From Antedon mediterranea (taxonomy: Eukaryota; Animalia; Echinodermata): DNA of 64,000 nucleotides. Below, piece by piece: positions 1 to 14,059 of the stretch. The translations under genes were made by a program, and so were the position numbers. Under the pieces are notes generated by a model, which made no database searches, was not told the origin of the DNA, and saw only the letters and a list, made by a program, of their open reading frames with translations. Position 1 is the first letter of the stretch. Each line of letters begins with the position of its first letter. The stretch is taken from NCBI RefSeq assembly GCF_964355755.1, contig NC_092671.1, positions 37,148,304-37,212,303 on the forward strand. Reading direction: 5' to 3'.

Positions 1-395
1 AATTCAATTCAAGCGATCAACGATTTGACCTTTTATCCTAGCATGCACTGCGTGTTGATGAAACTTCCGGTACAACACGGTATCGTGATTTCTAGTATAA
101 CAGCAAACGTTAAGGTGGGTTGACCTCGGTCCGAACAACACGCTAAAAATTAAAGCCGTGTTCAAATTTAGGGTGTTGTATAAACACGACCTAAGTGAAT
201 ACAATTTAAGAGACTTAATATTTAAGGGAAAAATCATTTATGATGCAGTCTATTTTCCTTCCTATATTTTTTCCTGCAACGGATTTGTGACCATTCAACA
301 ATTGGAGAGTGAAAACTGTAGGAAATTTGAAGAAAATCACAGATTGGTTGTTTTTTTATTTAAATAAAGAAATCAAATACCAAAACTATACATAC

Positions 396-3300
396 ATTCC
401 ATTTTGTTTTAGAACCCATCATCATACATTTACTGTTGCCACAACTTGTCAAATAGCCTCGTTTGTTGGCATACTGCCAAATCCATTCTTCAACATAATC
501 AAGAGAGTTCCTTAAAATAAAGATAATAAATTCCAGATGTGAAAGTATTTATATCATTTAGAATTAATATGATATACCAACACCAGAACACACATTAAAA
601 CATTCCTTCACATTACAGAGATCAAAGCGGCACATATCTCCCTGAACCATGTAATTAGTTTTATTAGTTGACAAAATCAATGTAAACCTAACCACTTACT
701 TTTTCGTTTTATACTTAAATTCATCTTTATTCTCAAAATTCTGACCAGAAAATAGCGGAGTAAGGTTCTGAATGTTGTCTGTGCCCGCAGAATTGAATCG
801 GTTGAAGAGAAACGAATGAAAAGGACCTAAAATACAAAGAAACTCTATTTATATTATTATTTTGAACTGTATATTGATAAATAATGTTATGTAGTTAAGT
901 TCTTCTGGGGCCCAGACATATCATGTTATGGTGACTCTGTTGCCGTTTGGGGTCCCAGGAAATGATAATAAATTAATTGAAATGGAACGAAATACTTCAA
1001 AAGTTTTTTATTTGCTATCAACACAAGTAAATGTGGCAAAATACAAGTATATAATTTATTATGTTGGTTGGTCCAGTGTAATAAAAAGTAGTAGGGGATT
1101 ATAGTACGGTGTGCTGACATTGGTAGGGGTTGCATTGCTGGCTGTCTTGGGTTTGTAGAAGGCCTAATTAGAACTTCTTCAGTTTCCAGTTATTAAGTAT
1201 AAGGACATTATAATTAACTTTATATAACAACAGTGTTAATAGGGACGTTTAGATTTTCATGTCGACTATATCGACCGCTTCCCTATTACGTCATTTTATG
1301 ATATGTGCATACACTAGGCGACTGACACTGCCAGTACATTTTTTTTCCCCATTTAATAAAGTTGTACTGAATCTGATATTATTTTATAAACTTACTATTT
1401 TCTCGCTTGAGATTTTTTAGAAATGTCATCGTCTTAGGGAGTCCACATGATCTATGAGCATGTGCTCTGGATAGGGAGTCAAGGGATACAACTAACAGAG
1501 AGATTGGTTGCCAATTTGGTTCAAATAGTAGTTGCTCCTTTAGCTTCTTATGTTGTTCTGTGTTCACCTTCTTCTTTGGTATAAATTGGGTGTGGTAATT
1601 GTGATTGGCTCTTTCTCTCAAACTAAATTCGGAAAAAAAAACTAAATGATGTCTATCTATATTGTTTATTATTTAAAATGTTAACAAAATTGATAATTTA
1701 CCTACATCAAATGTATTGTCCTGAAAAAATAATTTGTTTATAATTCTTTTGTTGAATATGCCATTTTAATGACACATAATAGTTATGTATATATAGTTAT
1801 ATTTGACCAACAATTGGATCGGAAAAAAATTATTAACCTGAAAAAACTATAATTTAAAGCAAAAAATAGTCAAATTTGCTGCCAGCCAATGTGTTTTTGG
1901 TTAAATTTAACCGTTTATTTTGTCATTTTATAAGTGAAAACATAATTTTTTCGGGGTTTTTAGTTAGTTAGACTCTATAGTTCACTATGTCGGTCGGTCG
2001 GTCTGTCGGTCCGGTATCACTATGCGTTTTATCGCTTTCTGACCTTATCTTGATATCAGTTTAATCTAGCTAAGTCAATTTTTCACAGTATATTCCTTAT
2101 GGCCAGGAATCGATGTGGTTATGTTTTCACGGTGCGCAATAAAAAATTACGCGGTCTACGCACGATTTAACGAAATCACGTTTGTAATCATATCTTCACA
2201 ACCATGAATCACAATTAAATAAAATTCATAAATCTCAGGGCATAAATCATCATATGGCAATACAATTACGTGCGTAGCGCATGTAACGCATGCGTACGCG
2301 CGCTTAAAATTTTCAAAATTTATTTAATTTTGATGAAATAAGAGTACGTTTCATGCAATTTTAAGCGTTTACAAAATTGCCATGAGTGCGCAGATTTTTG
2401 CGCGCGCACTGCGCGTTAAATGTTATTGCGCACTCTTTTTGCCCGATTTCTACGCACGTGTAAATTAAAAAAATATAAATGTTTTTAAACATTTCAACAT
2501 TTTTAAACATGTTCAGTAATTTCGGTCAGTTGGTAGGTTGGTCGGTCGATCGGTAAACACTAATGAGCACGCGACTGCAGCCATCTATATGGCCTTGTTT
2601 TCTACGGAAGTGATTAACTTTGTTAAAACTACAAAATAGCATATTCAAAGTCTGATTTAATTAATTTTCATTTTTCATGATTTTGGGGGACAATACATCT
2701 TTAATATAAATGATACCTTTTTGTATTGCATGCAATGTCCATGTACTCTGTATTGAATTCAACAACAGCAGGTCCTTTGTGGTACATCCACTTGGCAGGT
2801 TGGGCTACATACACATCATTCTGTTCGATTAATGTTCTATCAATGGTGTTTACACGAAAATCATCGCAAGTAACATGAATTGTCCTGGGAAATATGAATA
2901 AACATACAGTATCCAGTAAAACTACTGTATTACAAAATAAAAATAATAAAGATATTGATATTAAAGAATCAAGAATCCTATTTCACAAATTTTAAAATGG
3001 CTATAAAAAGTTGGTGTGATGTTGACAATGACATAAATAATTAAAACTTAACGTCCCTTGTGATTTTAAGTTTTTTATTTTTTATTTCAACATACTGTAA
3101 TATGTGGTTGATATTTTCATATAGTTTTTCAATAGCTGTTTAGGTTAAATATGAAATATAATAAAAATTAAATAATATTTAAATATCATGTATTGTTTAT
3201 TATTATCTGTAGCTTTATTTTATTTTTAAAATAAAAATCCCTAGCAGCAAAAAGAGTTAGATTGAGGTTTTTTTTTACAAAAGCCCTTCAATTAAAAAAA

Positions 3301-6300
3301 AAAATATTGTATTGGCTTACCTATTTCCATTATTATGTGAGAATGTTGGTCCCAAATTACATTTCCAAGCGATGCTTTTTGGACAAATGTTTGGAACTTC
3401 TAATTTTGGAATGAAGCAAATAGAATCACTTTCAGAATGAACTGAACTGTTGAAGATCAAACCTTCAAACTGTTTATAACTTTTACTTTCTTTAATACTT
3501 TTAATTCTACTGTTGATTGCCTGTACGTTAATCTGTTTTCGTTTCAAATAGTTGTTTTTTTGTTCGCCTTGGGCCGCGTCGATGTCGTCTTGAGGAATGT
3601 GAAGTTGAGGTGCCATTATCACATCTGCATTATCTTCCATAATATCTATGAAAAGTTTAAAAGTTTAATGACTGTAAGATGTTATTTTACTGATTTGTAA
3701 TTGATAAACTTTTAACAAATTTTTAAATAATTCAATAAGCATGATGTTCGTTTTCGTTTATTTATTTTTTCCACTCACTTATATATATATATATATATCA
3801 TTTACATTTACATAACATATATTAAATGTGGGTGGATGGAAGTCACAGTAAGTTCACTGAACTTTAAGTCGTGACTCCCGTATGCCTAAGTATACTAACA
3901 TTGCTACAGAGTAGACTAAAATATGAATATATAATAGTGAAAGTACATAAAATAAAGAAATAAAAAAATTTTATGTTAAAAAGATTAAATAATTATTTTT
4001 AAATAAAACACAATTTAAGAAATAAGAAATACATACTAAAGTAACTTGCTGAGACATGAAACACAATTTAAAGGGCTGTAAGAAATACATACTAATTAAG
4101 TAACTTGTTGTTGAGAATTTTCTGACATAATTTAGGACAAAGTATACCATGCAAAGTTTACAGTTTAATGACTGTAAGATGTGGTTTTAGTGATTTGAAA
4201 TTGATAAACTTTTAACAAATGTTTCAAATTTTTAAATAATTCAATTCACCCTGGAAAAAATAATTTTTTAACATTTTTTTTTTAATATGATATTTTAATG
4301 TCACTTAGTAGTTATTCACTTTGACCAGAAATTGGATTGAAAAAAAAAAATTATCTACCTGAAATTTGTAACCTTTTTATTTTTTATTTTTTTTTACAGA
4401 AGTAAAACTACAAAATGACCTATTCAAAGTCTGATTTTATTCATCATCATTTTTCGTGTTTTTGTGGGACAATACCTTTAAATCTAATTATTAAATATTT
4501 ATCTGGTAAAACATGTCGTACATAGCAGATGATGAAGTTCTACATGAATTAACTCGTGTCTGTACAATCAATCTTGTAGACATTATCTAAAGTGATTATC
4601 AATTGAATTCCAATATCAGGTATGAGATAAGTGCCTTCAATCCTCCTCTCTTATGGCTTGTGTACTAGGTATTTCAATCATCCCATGTCATTTCAAAACC
4701 GTAGGAATGCTTCTTGCATATCTAATACTAACTTCTCTTGCTCTTGAAACATTTTCCATCATACTAACTATATGCATTAAAAAATATAATTACTAGTTAC
4801 TGAGTACAGTAGTAACAAATATATTTGATGTTTATTTTTTTATTTTGCTTCACATAGTAAATTGCCTGTAAGGGTTCCTTTAATGTTGTGAATGTTATTC
4901 TATGATTACATAGGGAATAAAGATAGTAAGACCTTTAATGCTCTCATGTCGTGGGATGATGACTAATGGTGATCCTGAGCATGAAAGGTGAACTCAAAAA
5001 AGATCTCTAGTACTGAATAGTAACTGATGTATTTGTTTATTTTTTATTTCGCTTCACACAGTAAATTGCATGTTATTATTAGGGTGCCTTTAATGCATGC
5101 TGTGAATGCTATTCTATGATGATATAGTAAATAAAGAGATAGTAAGACCTTTTGCTCTCATGTCATGGGATGATGACTATTTATGGTGATCCTCAGCATG
5201 AAAGATGAAACCCAAAAAAGATCCCTAGTACTGATCATAGTAACTAATATATTTGTTTATTTTTTTATTTCACTTCACACAGTAAATTGCATGTTATGTT
5301 TGTGATGCTATATGATGATATAGTGAATAAAGTCAGTAAGAGGGTAAAACCTTTGCTATCAAGTCACGGGATGATGACTATTATTATGGTGATTCTAAGC
5401 ATGAAAGGTGAACCACTCCCCCCCACCCCAAAAAAAAGGAAGAAAACTTCTAACACATTTACAGCACAACATCTCATCTGAAGGACAAAAACATGACTTT
5501 TGAAATTCAATAGTGTCTGATCACAAAACTGGAATTTATCTCAATTTTAAAAAAAGAATGAACTTGTTGACCTTTTTATATCAGATTGACCATTCGAGAA
5601 AAAATAAATGAACCGTGAATTTGAAGTGTAAACATCAAACACTTGTGTAAAGTATTTAAAGGTGCAATTAGTGGACTGAAATGAAATAATCAAAGGCAAG
5701 GATTGAAACATCCTAAATTACAGGGTTGTTGTCCTACACTTTTACCTACTACAGCCCTTAATAAAAGATTCCATTTCCTATAGGCTATTAACAAACACGA
5801 CACACACATAACCCTTTAAATGCATAGATTTCCCAAAAGGGCAACCCCATACAGGTTTATGCATTCAAACAAAGATCTTTTAACCCATTTTGTTAGTTGA
5901 AAATCTAGAATACAATCACTGCTTGTAAATCAGTAATTTGATTGTTCATTTTTTTTATGGTATATTGTTTCTTACATATAATAGTAGGCTACTGGATCGA
6001 TTTTAAAAATTATCTTGAGACTTAGCTAGCCCACTATATACTTCTGGGTTCAAGTGAAATCACTAACCAAATCACCATCAGCCCATGCAAGGAAATTAGC
6101 CTAGATTCAATTTTGGGGTGATGACATATACTGGCTTTTATTTTAACATAAATTCAATGACTGATTTTTAATATTTTTGTTTGCTATAGTGGGATGTACT
6201 TGTTAATAATACTCTAGACAACATAATTATATTACTTATAATGTACATGCTTTTACATAAATCAAATCAACATGTTCATCTGATACTGGATCTATTAAGA

Positions 6301-7039
6301 TGAAATGCCTACCACATTTTACAAGCGAAAATAAGGGAAGCTCAAATTTCCTCCATCTCCCTAGGGTTTAATATTTAATTACCATGACAACTGACTTTCA
6401 ATTGGACTCCTTATATGGTACTGTATGCTTGATGTATGTATGTAATTCTCTCTCCAAAGATTAAAGATTTGAGTTTTTTATTTTATTTTCAAACAAATAA
6501 TAAACTCAAACGAATGATTAGATACACATCATTAATGACCTTGATCTGTCAGTTTCATAGCAGGGTGTGAACAAATTAAGTAACACACATATTCTATGAC
6601 GTTAAATTTCATGTTATAAAACTCCGCAAAATATTCTACAACAAAGGCCCTAGCTAGGCTAGAGTTTGTTATGTTGTGTTTTATAATCAAATTATCAAGG
6701 GAATGCTATCATCAGTTGAGTAGTATCACATGCGACCAGGTGAATCTTGGCCTAGATTTTCATAAAAAGGTTTAAAAACATGGCTATATAGAAAATATTT
6801 ACTAGGCCTATGGGCTTATGTCTATACAGCCTAGGCCTAGGCCTAAAAAAATAAAGTAACTTACCATCCTTGTGGGCCCGGTCCCCTTCCCGTCGCTGTT
6901 CATCGTCGTATTGACTAGCTACGAAATCCATCTTTTGGTCATTCTTCTGACTAAAAGAAGTCAACCCTACAAGTAGTAATATCTGAGGAACGCAAAATAC
7001 AACAAATATTATACATAACTTTCTTAATTGTCTTCTCAT
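396..7039 (-). CDS. DUF229-family (alkaline phosphatase/sulfatase-like) type II membrane protein, 5' six exons; gene continues off the left edge
   Basis: Phase-consistent GT-AG exons 7039-6865, 3645-3321, 2884-2717, 1622-1396, 826-700, 510-396. N-terminal TM anchor (LCIIFVVFCVPQILLLVGL). DUF229-like motifs LLVVSLDSLSRAHAHR..LPKTMTFL, FNRFNSAGTDNIQNLTPLFSG and WIWQYANKRGYLT. Confidence 0.8.
1709..2700. mobile_element. Non-autonomous TIR element (AG..CT termini, TTAA flank; Kolobok-like MITE) hosting a nested insertion
   Basis: Ends AAATGTATTGTCC / GGGGACAATACATCT-TTAA. Same family at ~4250-4480 (partial) and 25221-26617. Confidence 0.55.
1961..2598 (+). mobile_element. Helentron/DINE-1-like non-autonomous element (HINE)
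   Basis: (GTCG/GTCT)n microsatellite near the 5' end, 3' hairpin GCCAT-CTAT-ATGGC before a T-run, inserted in a T-run. Its 3' end recurs reverse-complemented at ~57310-57395. Confidence 0.55.
4795..5412. repeat. Three diverged tandem copies of a ~210-bp unit (intronic)
   Basis: TAGT(T)ACTGA..TAGTAAC..TTTATTTTTT..GCTTCACA..GGGATGATGACTA..GCATGAAAG recurs at ~4795, ~5008 and ~5226. Confidence 0.75.
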
Positions 7040-7165
7040 TTTAAAGATGAAAGTGCGAAGAAGACAGTCTCCTCTCCTCGTTCCAGCGTGCACCTCTTGG
7101 TGGTGTGAAAAAAGAAAGAAAATGTGTCGAAAACTTTCCTAAGAAATGAGGGCGCTATATAAAGT
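7040..7165. promoter_or_regulatory. Compact bidirectional promoter region between the DUF229 gene and JIP1
   Basis: 126 bp between the divergent predicted ATGs (7039 minus, 7166 plus). Contains GAGGGCGCTA followed by TATAAA. Confidence 0.5.
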
Positions 7166-10100
7166 ATGGCAGCCTGTGAAGACAACAGGTCTGTTGAAAA
7201 TCAAGACTATTCAAGACTAGAATTAACAACTACAGATACTTATAGGTTTGTATTAATATTGCTAGTTTGTTTATTATTTACTAGTTGTTTGTATACAGTG
7301 ATTTAAAAGTAGTTTTGAAAGCTAATTATTACGATTTGAAGGGACGATGTTTGCGTCACTCAACCAAAAGGCAGCCACAGCATACACAGAGCCCAGCAGG
7401 GAGGGCAGGCTTTGATTTGTCTCCTGCACTGATTTTGGTGAGAAGAGTACCAGTAGGCCTAGCCAACAGTTGCAATATACATGAAGTCGCGGTGTCGCAA
7501 TACCACATTTATATAATTTGTACTGGTACCCCCAATATTAATGGCATCTTTTTCTGGATTACGTCAAGGACAGAGAGAGTAGTGTCATACTACTATCTAT
7601 ATAGGCCTGGCCTAGTTTAAAGCTTCAAACCAACCCAACATTATACAGCAAGTACAGTATATACTATTTAGTATACCGGCTCAACAATGATTAATCAGTG
7701 CCTATATAACATAACATAATAATCATGATGCATGCATTCTAACTCATAGGCTATATAAGCCTACCCTCCCCCCCCCCCCGCCTAAATAATCAAATTCCTT
7801 CATAAATAATTGCCATCAATAAACTTAACTTAAACCTCTAACCTAAATAAGTAATCTCTTAATAAAAACTAGCCCGCGTCCTGATCATCAATTTTGTTGT
7901 ATTTTGCTATTAAATTGACCACATTGTGATACAATTTTGATTAAACGATACTTTGTTTGATTTACGTCATAGATTAACGCTAATAGATGATTATGACAGC
8001 GATGGTGTTTTTGAAAACGAGGCTGAACTACTTGGAAATACTAGCTTTGACAATGTTCACTTTATAGCACAATGTAAGTGATTATTCTATATAATGTGCT
8101 TTTAATTAAACATCTACATTTTCTAAATTTGAAAAATATGTTTTTAGTCTAAGATTTCTTGTGAAATGTTCTTTTATCAATGTCTGTATATTGTAAAATT
8201 ACTACGATTTTATGTGTCAACAACTCAAATGTTGGAGCTGTAGCTTGTTGGTTAACATGCTTGCCTTCCAATCCCAAGGTCTGAGGTTCAATCCTGACCT
8301 AGTGCCAGAGTTGTAACTCACGACTCTTTCAACTCCACTCCCTAAGCCTCAAACGAGACATAGTTTATAAGCACGATAAATTATTAAATAGTTTATCCAT
8401 CCTGTAATTGGCAAGTTACTCGATGCGTATGAAATTAAAAAAAATATACAAATTTTAAACGTAACAATAAAGTTGATCTTTAATCTTTAGCTCCTGAATC
8501 GGCACAAAGAAAGGAGAATGAAACTGAAAAAGAGGAGGACACAGCTATTGACGATGATGCAGAAAACACAGACTTGGGGAATAACAACAATTATGACATA
8601 CTGCAGCATGTTCTTGATGCCTCAGATACGACGTCACATCACGAGTCGGATTCAGATTACAGAGATAAAAACGACCGATGCACTTCAAAGCTCCTTGATA
8701 TATTAGATGAGGAGCTTGCAAAAAAGAAGTGTAGTGCTAACAAAAATGAGGTAATTGAGAGAGTATAAAGCTCTGTCCACACTATCAAACTAGTTTTGAC
8801 AAAAAAAAAGTGTGATGTGCCCTAATGTGGTAGTGATATGCCTAAATATGGTAGTGATATGCCTAAATATCGTAGTGATATGATGTACAAATATGTTAGT
8901 GATATGACATTATGTCTTAACTGTATATGGGCACATCACATATTTTGTCACGAAAAGTTTGATAGTGTAGACAGAGCTTATGGACCTTGCCTATCTTTCC
9001 TTTCACATTACCTTTCAAAAAGCTGGTGCAGACTTTACACAAAACCCCTGTGTTGACGACAAAGTGTGCTAGTGCGGAGATTTGTAACGGGTAACAGCCC
9101 AACAAGTGTACTTAATTTTGTTTTTTTTTAAAATAATATAATGTATGTTCGATTTGAAACATTAATTGATTTTTAATTTTGAAAACCTTTTTTTAATAGA
9201 AAAACGAGAAAACACCAAAGAGAAAGAAAAAAAGAGGAGGTCGAAAACTTCCTCAAATGCCACCAAGTAGTAAGTTTATTTCGCATTCAAACTAACAAGA
9301 CATTCACTATCCAAAATCCTGATTAATGCAGCCACTTAAACTTTGTCCACACATCAAACTAGTTTGACAAAAAAATGTGATGTGCTCAAATATGGTAGTG
9401 ATATGCCCAAATATTATAGTGATATGACATCATCATGTCTATATATCGGCACATCACATTTTTTTGTTGCATAAACTTTGATAGTGTAGACAGAGCTTCA
9501 GAAACCCAAAAGTATTATACTGTATTAACTATTTAGTTTCTTTCAATATAGAAGTTTATATGAGGCAGTGACTGTAATAATTGATTTCTATAGAAACTGT
9601 ATATGATACCCCCAAACAATGGTTGCTAAATGATTGCATAAAAAGGTTAAAGGTCAAAGAAGACCAAAGTATAGGTACTGCAGTAACTGCAGTAGGATAA
9701 TATTGACATGGCCCCTTTACAAATCCATCCATATCAATCCATAAAATGAAAATGTTTGTTTTCTACAGAGAGCGTTCAAGATGAAGTAGAAGGTGCTAAT
9801 TTAAAACAATCCAAAAATACATCTCCAAACGTATCTACAACTCCACTATCTATTGGTGGTATATCCAATGATTCCCCAGCTGACCACCAATCAGAAAGCT
9901 CCTTAGAAAATCAGCCACTAACTGCAATAAAAAATCGACCTAGAAAATTATGCTGTAACTATCAATCTGATTGGAGCATTAGTCCGGATTATTCCATTAC
10001 TTCTGAGGTGAAATCTATAGGATTCAATACCACTAGTTCAATTAATCGACCGTTGTTAAATAGTGATAACGTGTACATAAACGAAGATAAAAGTCCTGAG

Positions 10101-13100
10101 ATACGACCCCAACGAAGGAAGAAGTCAAACGCAGGCTTTAAAGATGAAACTATATTCACGCAAAGTCCAGGTAAAAAAATTAATTGTTAAAATAAAAAGG
10201 TACATAAGCTAAATATTTTGAAAACATTTATTTCACCTTATTTATAGAGGGTGACCCTAAATAACGTATGCTGACAATCAAGGGGCCCTGTTGATTAGTT
10301 ATGATAAGTGGCTGTGTGCTGTGTGTATACTAGTACACCAGGGTAAGCCACTACATGTCTCGAAAGATGTACCAGGTTCTTTAATGTGCACATGAGCCAG
10401 AAGTGTACACTGGACCTACCATTTATAGTCCTTATCCGAGAAGACTCGTTCTACCACTAGAACCATGGAGGGAGTGAGCCTCGAACCCTTGCCGATGTTA
10501 ATATGGCAAGGTATTAAGGTTCCACTGTCTTAACAGCTTGGCCACTTACTCGCTCCATTAATATATCTTTATGTCTTTTGCAGAAATTGGCCAAAAGGTG
10601 TTTAGACCTACAACTCTAAGTCTCAATGGGTATGTGATCTCACAGACACATAAGGCTATATTCCGCTTCATTCCACGGCATCATGATGAGCTTTTACTTG
10701 ACATCAGTGACCCCGTCCATCTAGACAAGAAATCTAAAGACCTCTGGTTTGAGGGAATTAACCTACGAACTGGAAAAGAAGGATGTTTTCCAGGTCAATA
10801 TGTCCGTGAGGTCACCCCTGACACGGAGACTGAACCAGGTGAATATTGTGTATAATTAAACCATTTCCAGTTTTTAATATTAATGTTTTTTTGTTTTTGT
10901 TATAATATAATTTATTTGACTACTAAAGAGAAAAGAAATTTATTTAAAAATAAATAGTTAGTGGTTTTTTTTTTTGAAGGAATGAATGGAAAAAGAATGT
11001 ACATTAATAGGTTTCACCTGAAGTTTCTAGGCTCAGTAGAAGTGCCTTCTCACAAGGGGAATGACACACTCTGTAAGGCTATGCAAAAGGTAATGTACCA
11101 GTTAATAAATCAATAGGGACTTTTAGATTGAGTGAACCTTGGCATCTGACCTTGTAATCTCTATACTAGAGCTCGGCCGTGGTGCTATTACACCGTGCTG
11201 GGCCGGTGGAAGCACACAGGCTTAGGTGGCTGAGTGTGTAGCTTAGGCTTAGCCTAGATCCTTAATTTTCTCAACGAAGGCTGATGTCCTAGTGATACGC
11301 AATCATTTTCTGGAGATCATTAAAATTAATCGACATTTTCTTAAAGGTTGTAACAGCAAGACATGTGTCGGTAGAAATCTATTGTCCAGCTCCTTGCCAG
11401 CTTGAGATAAGTGATAAAGGAATCCGTATGATTGATTACACTAAAGAAAATAAAAATGTTATTCCGGTAAGAATTTCATTGTCCTCCTTTGATCAGTGGT
11501 GTAACGGTTATGAGCGTTTGCTGGCTAAATTCAGAGGCCCTGGAGCTTATGGGGGCCCCTGAGCAGTGCCCAGAGAAAAAAAAAAGGCAATAAAATACTG
11601 TATGTAGAAAAAGGCTAAAAACGAATGAGGCCTCCAGCATTGCGGGGTCACTTAGGGTTCCTAAACCAGGGCCCCCAGGCCTCTGTGTAACGCCACTGAT
11701 AAGGATGAAGTGGTATCCTCCTTCATAGGTGTCTATTATGATTTTAGTGACACATTGCATTGTATATTATTTTAAAATAAATTTAATGTAGTAGTAGTAG
11801 TTAGTATTGTTAAATCAATATTGTCAATTTTTTATAGAAAAAAGATTCTATGAGGAAGAAAGTTGGTAAACTGTTGTCAGGAAAACAAAAACAGGGAAAG
11901 ACGCATTTCTTTTCATTAAAAAATGTTTCATTTTGTGGCTACCATCCTGCTAATGATAGGTAATTATAGTTAAAATTTCTTGTAAATCGCATTTGAGTAC
12001 CTAGCTTCCTTATTTTGTGCTTATGAATTGTTTTTTTAATCGCATTTGAGTACCTAGCTGCCTCATTTTGTTATGAATTAGTTTGTTTTAATCGCATTTG
12101 AGTACCTAGTTGCCTCATTTTGTGGTTATGAATTATTTTCTAAAAATCGTATTTGAGTACCTATCTGCCTCATTTTGTGTTTATGAATTTATATTTTTAT
12201 ATTGCATTCGAGTACCTAGCTGCCTCATTTTGTTATGAACTGAATTTTCTTAAAATCACATTTGAGTACCTAGCTGCCTCATTTTGTGGTTATAAATTTA
12301 TTTGTTTAAATCCCATTTGACTCTCTAGCTGCCTCATTTTGTGGTTATGAATTATTTTCTTAAAATTGCATTCGAGTACCTAGCTTCCTCATTTTGTGGT
12401 TATAAATGTATTTTTAAAAATCACATTAGATTACCTAGCTGCCTCATTTCAAATGTATTACTTATAATGGAGTTTGTAATATATTTGTTTGTTGTTTATT
12501 TAGGTATTTTGGTTTCATTACTAAGCATCCATCTGAAACTAGATATGCTTGTCATGTATTTGTAACTGATGAAGGAGAGAGTGCCAAACCAATAGCTACG
12601 GCCCTAGGGTAAGTTATTATTTTATTTATTAATTTATTATTTAACTATATTTCAAGAGGGTAGCTCTAACAGCTGCACTACAGCAGTACAGGTAACTTGA
12701 AGAAATATCTAAAAAATATACAATACAGTAAAACATCAAATTACATAACATTTTCATAACAGTTAAAATTCATGACTATATACAAAATAAAACATTTTGA
12801 GATGTCAACATTCATTAACCTATCATTGTCATTTATATTTATTTGTATGAATGCAGTATCATTTTTAACAATTATTATTTTTCTTCTTTCTTCTTACAAA
12901 AATCAATTAAGAATAAAAACAATAACGATTACAATGTAAACCTATAAATAACTTAAATCATGAGAAATGTTATCTCTTATATAATATATATATATATATA
13001 TCTCTTAAATATTATAATTTATTTTATTTTAGATTTGCCTTCCAGAGATTTTATGATGAATTCATTGAGTTTACCAACCCAACTGAAGACATCTATATGG

Positions 13101-13105
13101 AGTAA
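7166..13105 (+). CDS. MAPK8IP1: JNK-interacting protein 1 (JIP1/Aplip1-like scaffold; SH3 + PTB)
   Basis: Exons ~7166-7188, 7973-8073, 8491-8750, 9200-9270, 9769-10170, 10584-10838, 10980-11089, 11347-11466, 11838-11959, 12504-12608, 13033-13105; junctions between 8750 and 9769 are uncertain. SH3 [80 protein letters not shown]-terminal kinesin-light-chain motif NPTEDIYME*. Confidence 0.92.
8234..8300 (+). mobile_element. tRNA-derived SINE head (Pol III A/B boxes)
   Basis: TAGCTTGTTGGTTAA (A box) and GGTTCAATCC (B box), TCC anticodon-like loop, acceptor stem not intact. Confidence 0.5.
8769..8978. mobile_element. MITE family A (TIR AGCTCTGTCTACACTATCAAA; Harbinger-like TAA/TTA flanks)
   Basis: Inverted ends plus internal 21-bp repeats ATATGGTAGTGATATGCCTAA. 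Multiple copies in the window. Confidence 0.8.
9339..9497. mobile_element. MITE family A copy
   Basis: CTTTGTCCACACATCAAAC ... TTGATAGTGTAGACAGAGCT. Confidence 0.75.
10243..10556 (-). mobile_element. tRNA-derived SINE
   Basis: Minus strand starts GGAGCGAGTAAGTGGCCAAGCTG (A box) with GGTTCGAGG (B box). A homologous copy lies at ~27020-27310. Confidence 0.7.
11985..12450. repeat. Intronic minisatellite, ~50-bp unit x ~9
   Basis: ATCGCATTTGAGTACCTAGCTGCCTCATTTTGTGGTTATGAATT repeated in tandem. Confidence 0.9.
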
Positions 13106-13450
13106 AACATTCAACGTAATTTGGGGTATAGGAATAGACCCAAAACAAAAACCATATCATTTTGGCACTCAAAATTGCTCTTGCACCTTTTCCAATATTA
13201 TAATTACACATTATTGCAAATCAAAATTAAATTAGTGCAAATGATGTAAAATTGAAATGAATTGTAATTGTAAATTGCACAATTAAACGGTGTAAAATGA
13301 AACATTAAAAGCATGAAGCATACATTTTGAATATGTAGTCATCTATAAGGTCCAGTAGCTGTAGTCACCATTCACACGTAGGCTGGGGGAAACACTGAAT
13401 TATATTCAAAACCTTAGCATGCATGGGGAAAAGGTGCAGTTTTGAAGTAA

Positions 13451-13799
13451 AGGCCTATTCACACTAGGACGATAACGATCAATGATAAATAGATAAATAT
13501 GCATTTTTCATACATAAAACAAAAGAAATCTAAAAAGTTTTCATCATATATGCTTTGATGAAAATAATATTTTCACACGTCCTGAATGATGTCATGATTA
13601 GTTAAAGCAATAATATCGTGACAATACAACAATTTTATTGTTTTTATTTATCATGACGTCATTTGATTGGATTTTAAAATAAATAGTATTTTTATCAGAC
13701 AGTATAAATGATTATTCTATAGTTCTAGAACGAAAACTTGTATAATTTGTTTTGTTTTATGTAAGAAAAATGTATGTTTATCGTCAATCATAATCGTCT
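13451..13799. mobile_element. MITE family B copy (right end degraded) in the JIP1 3' region
   Basis: Colinear with 19758-20057 (GGCC..ACACTAGGACGATAACGAT...). Confidence 0.7.
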
Positions 13800-14059
13800 C
13801 TCTCTCTAACTTTTTAAAAACAGTGATATTGTAGTAGTAGTAGGTTACCACTTCAGAATTAAGATATTGTGAGCTATTTTAATTGTTAACACTCAGATGA
13901 GATTTATATTATAATTGTGCAATATTTGTCTAGATTCCATCCACAGTATTCCATTTTACTATATTTTAATACCAAATTATTTACATAAATTTATCACCTT
14001 GGTTATATTAGTATTCTTTCAAATTCAGGTATGTTTAATATTCAGTTCTTTTTTATATT

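Noticed and set aside
4500-4770. Possible extra exon of the DUF229 gene
   Set aside because: The phase-compatible frame hits a stop, and exon 1 joins the 3645 exon in phase without it.
11494-11698. hAT-like MITE (CAGTGG...CCACTG ends); similar at ~21155-21337
   Set aside because: Short imperfect TIRs and no matching 8-bp TSD. Plausible but not supportable.
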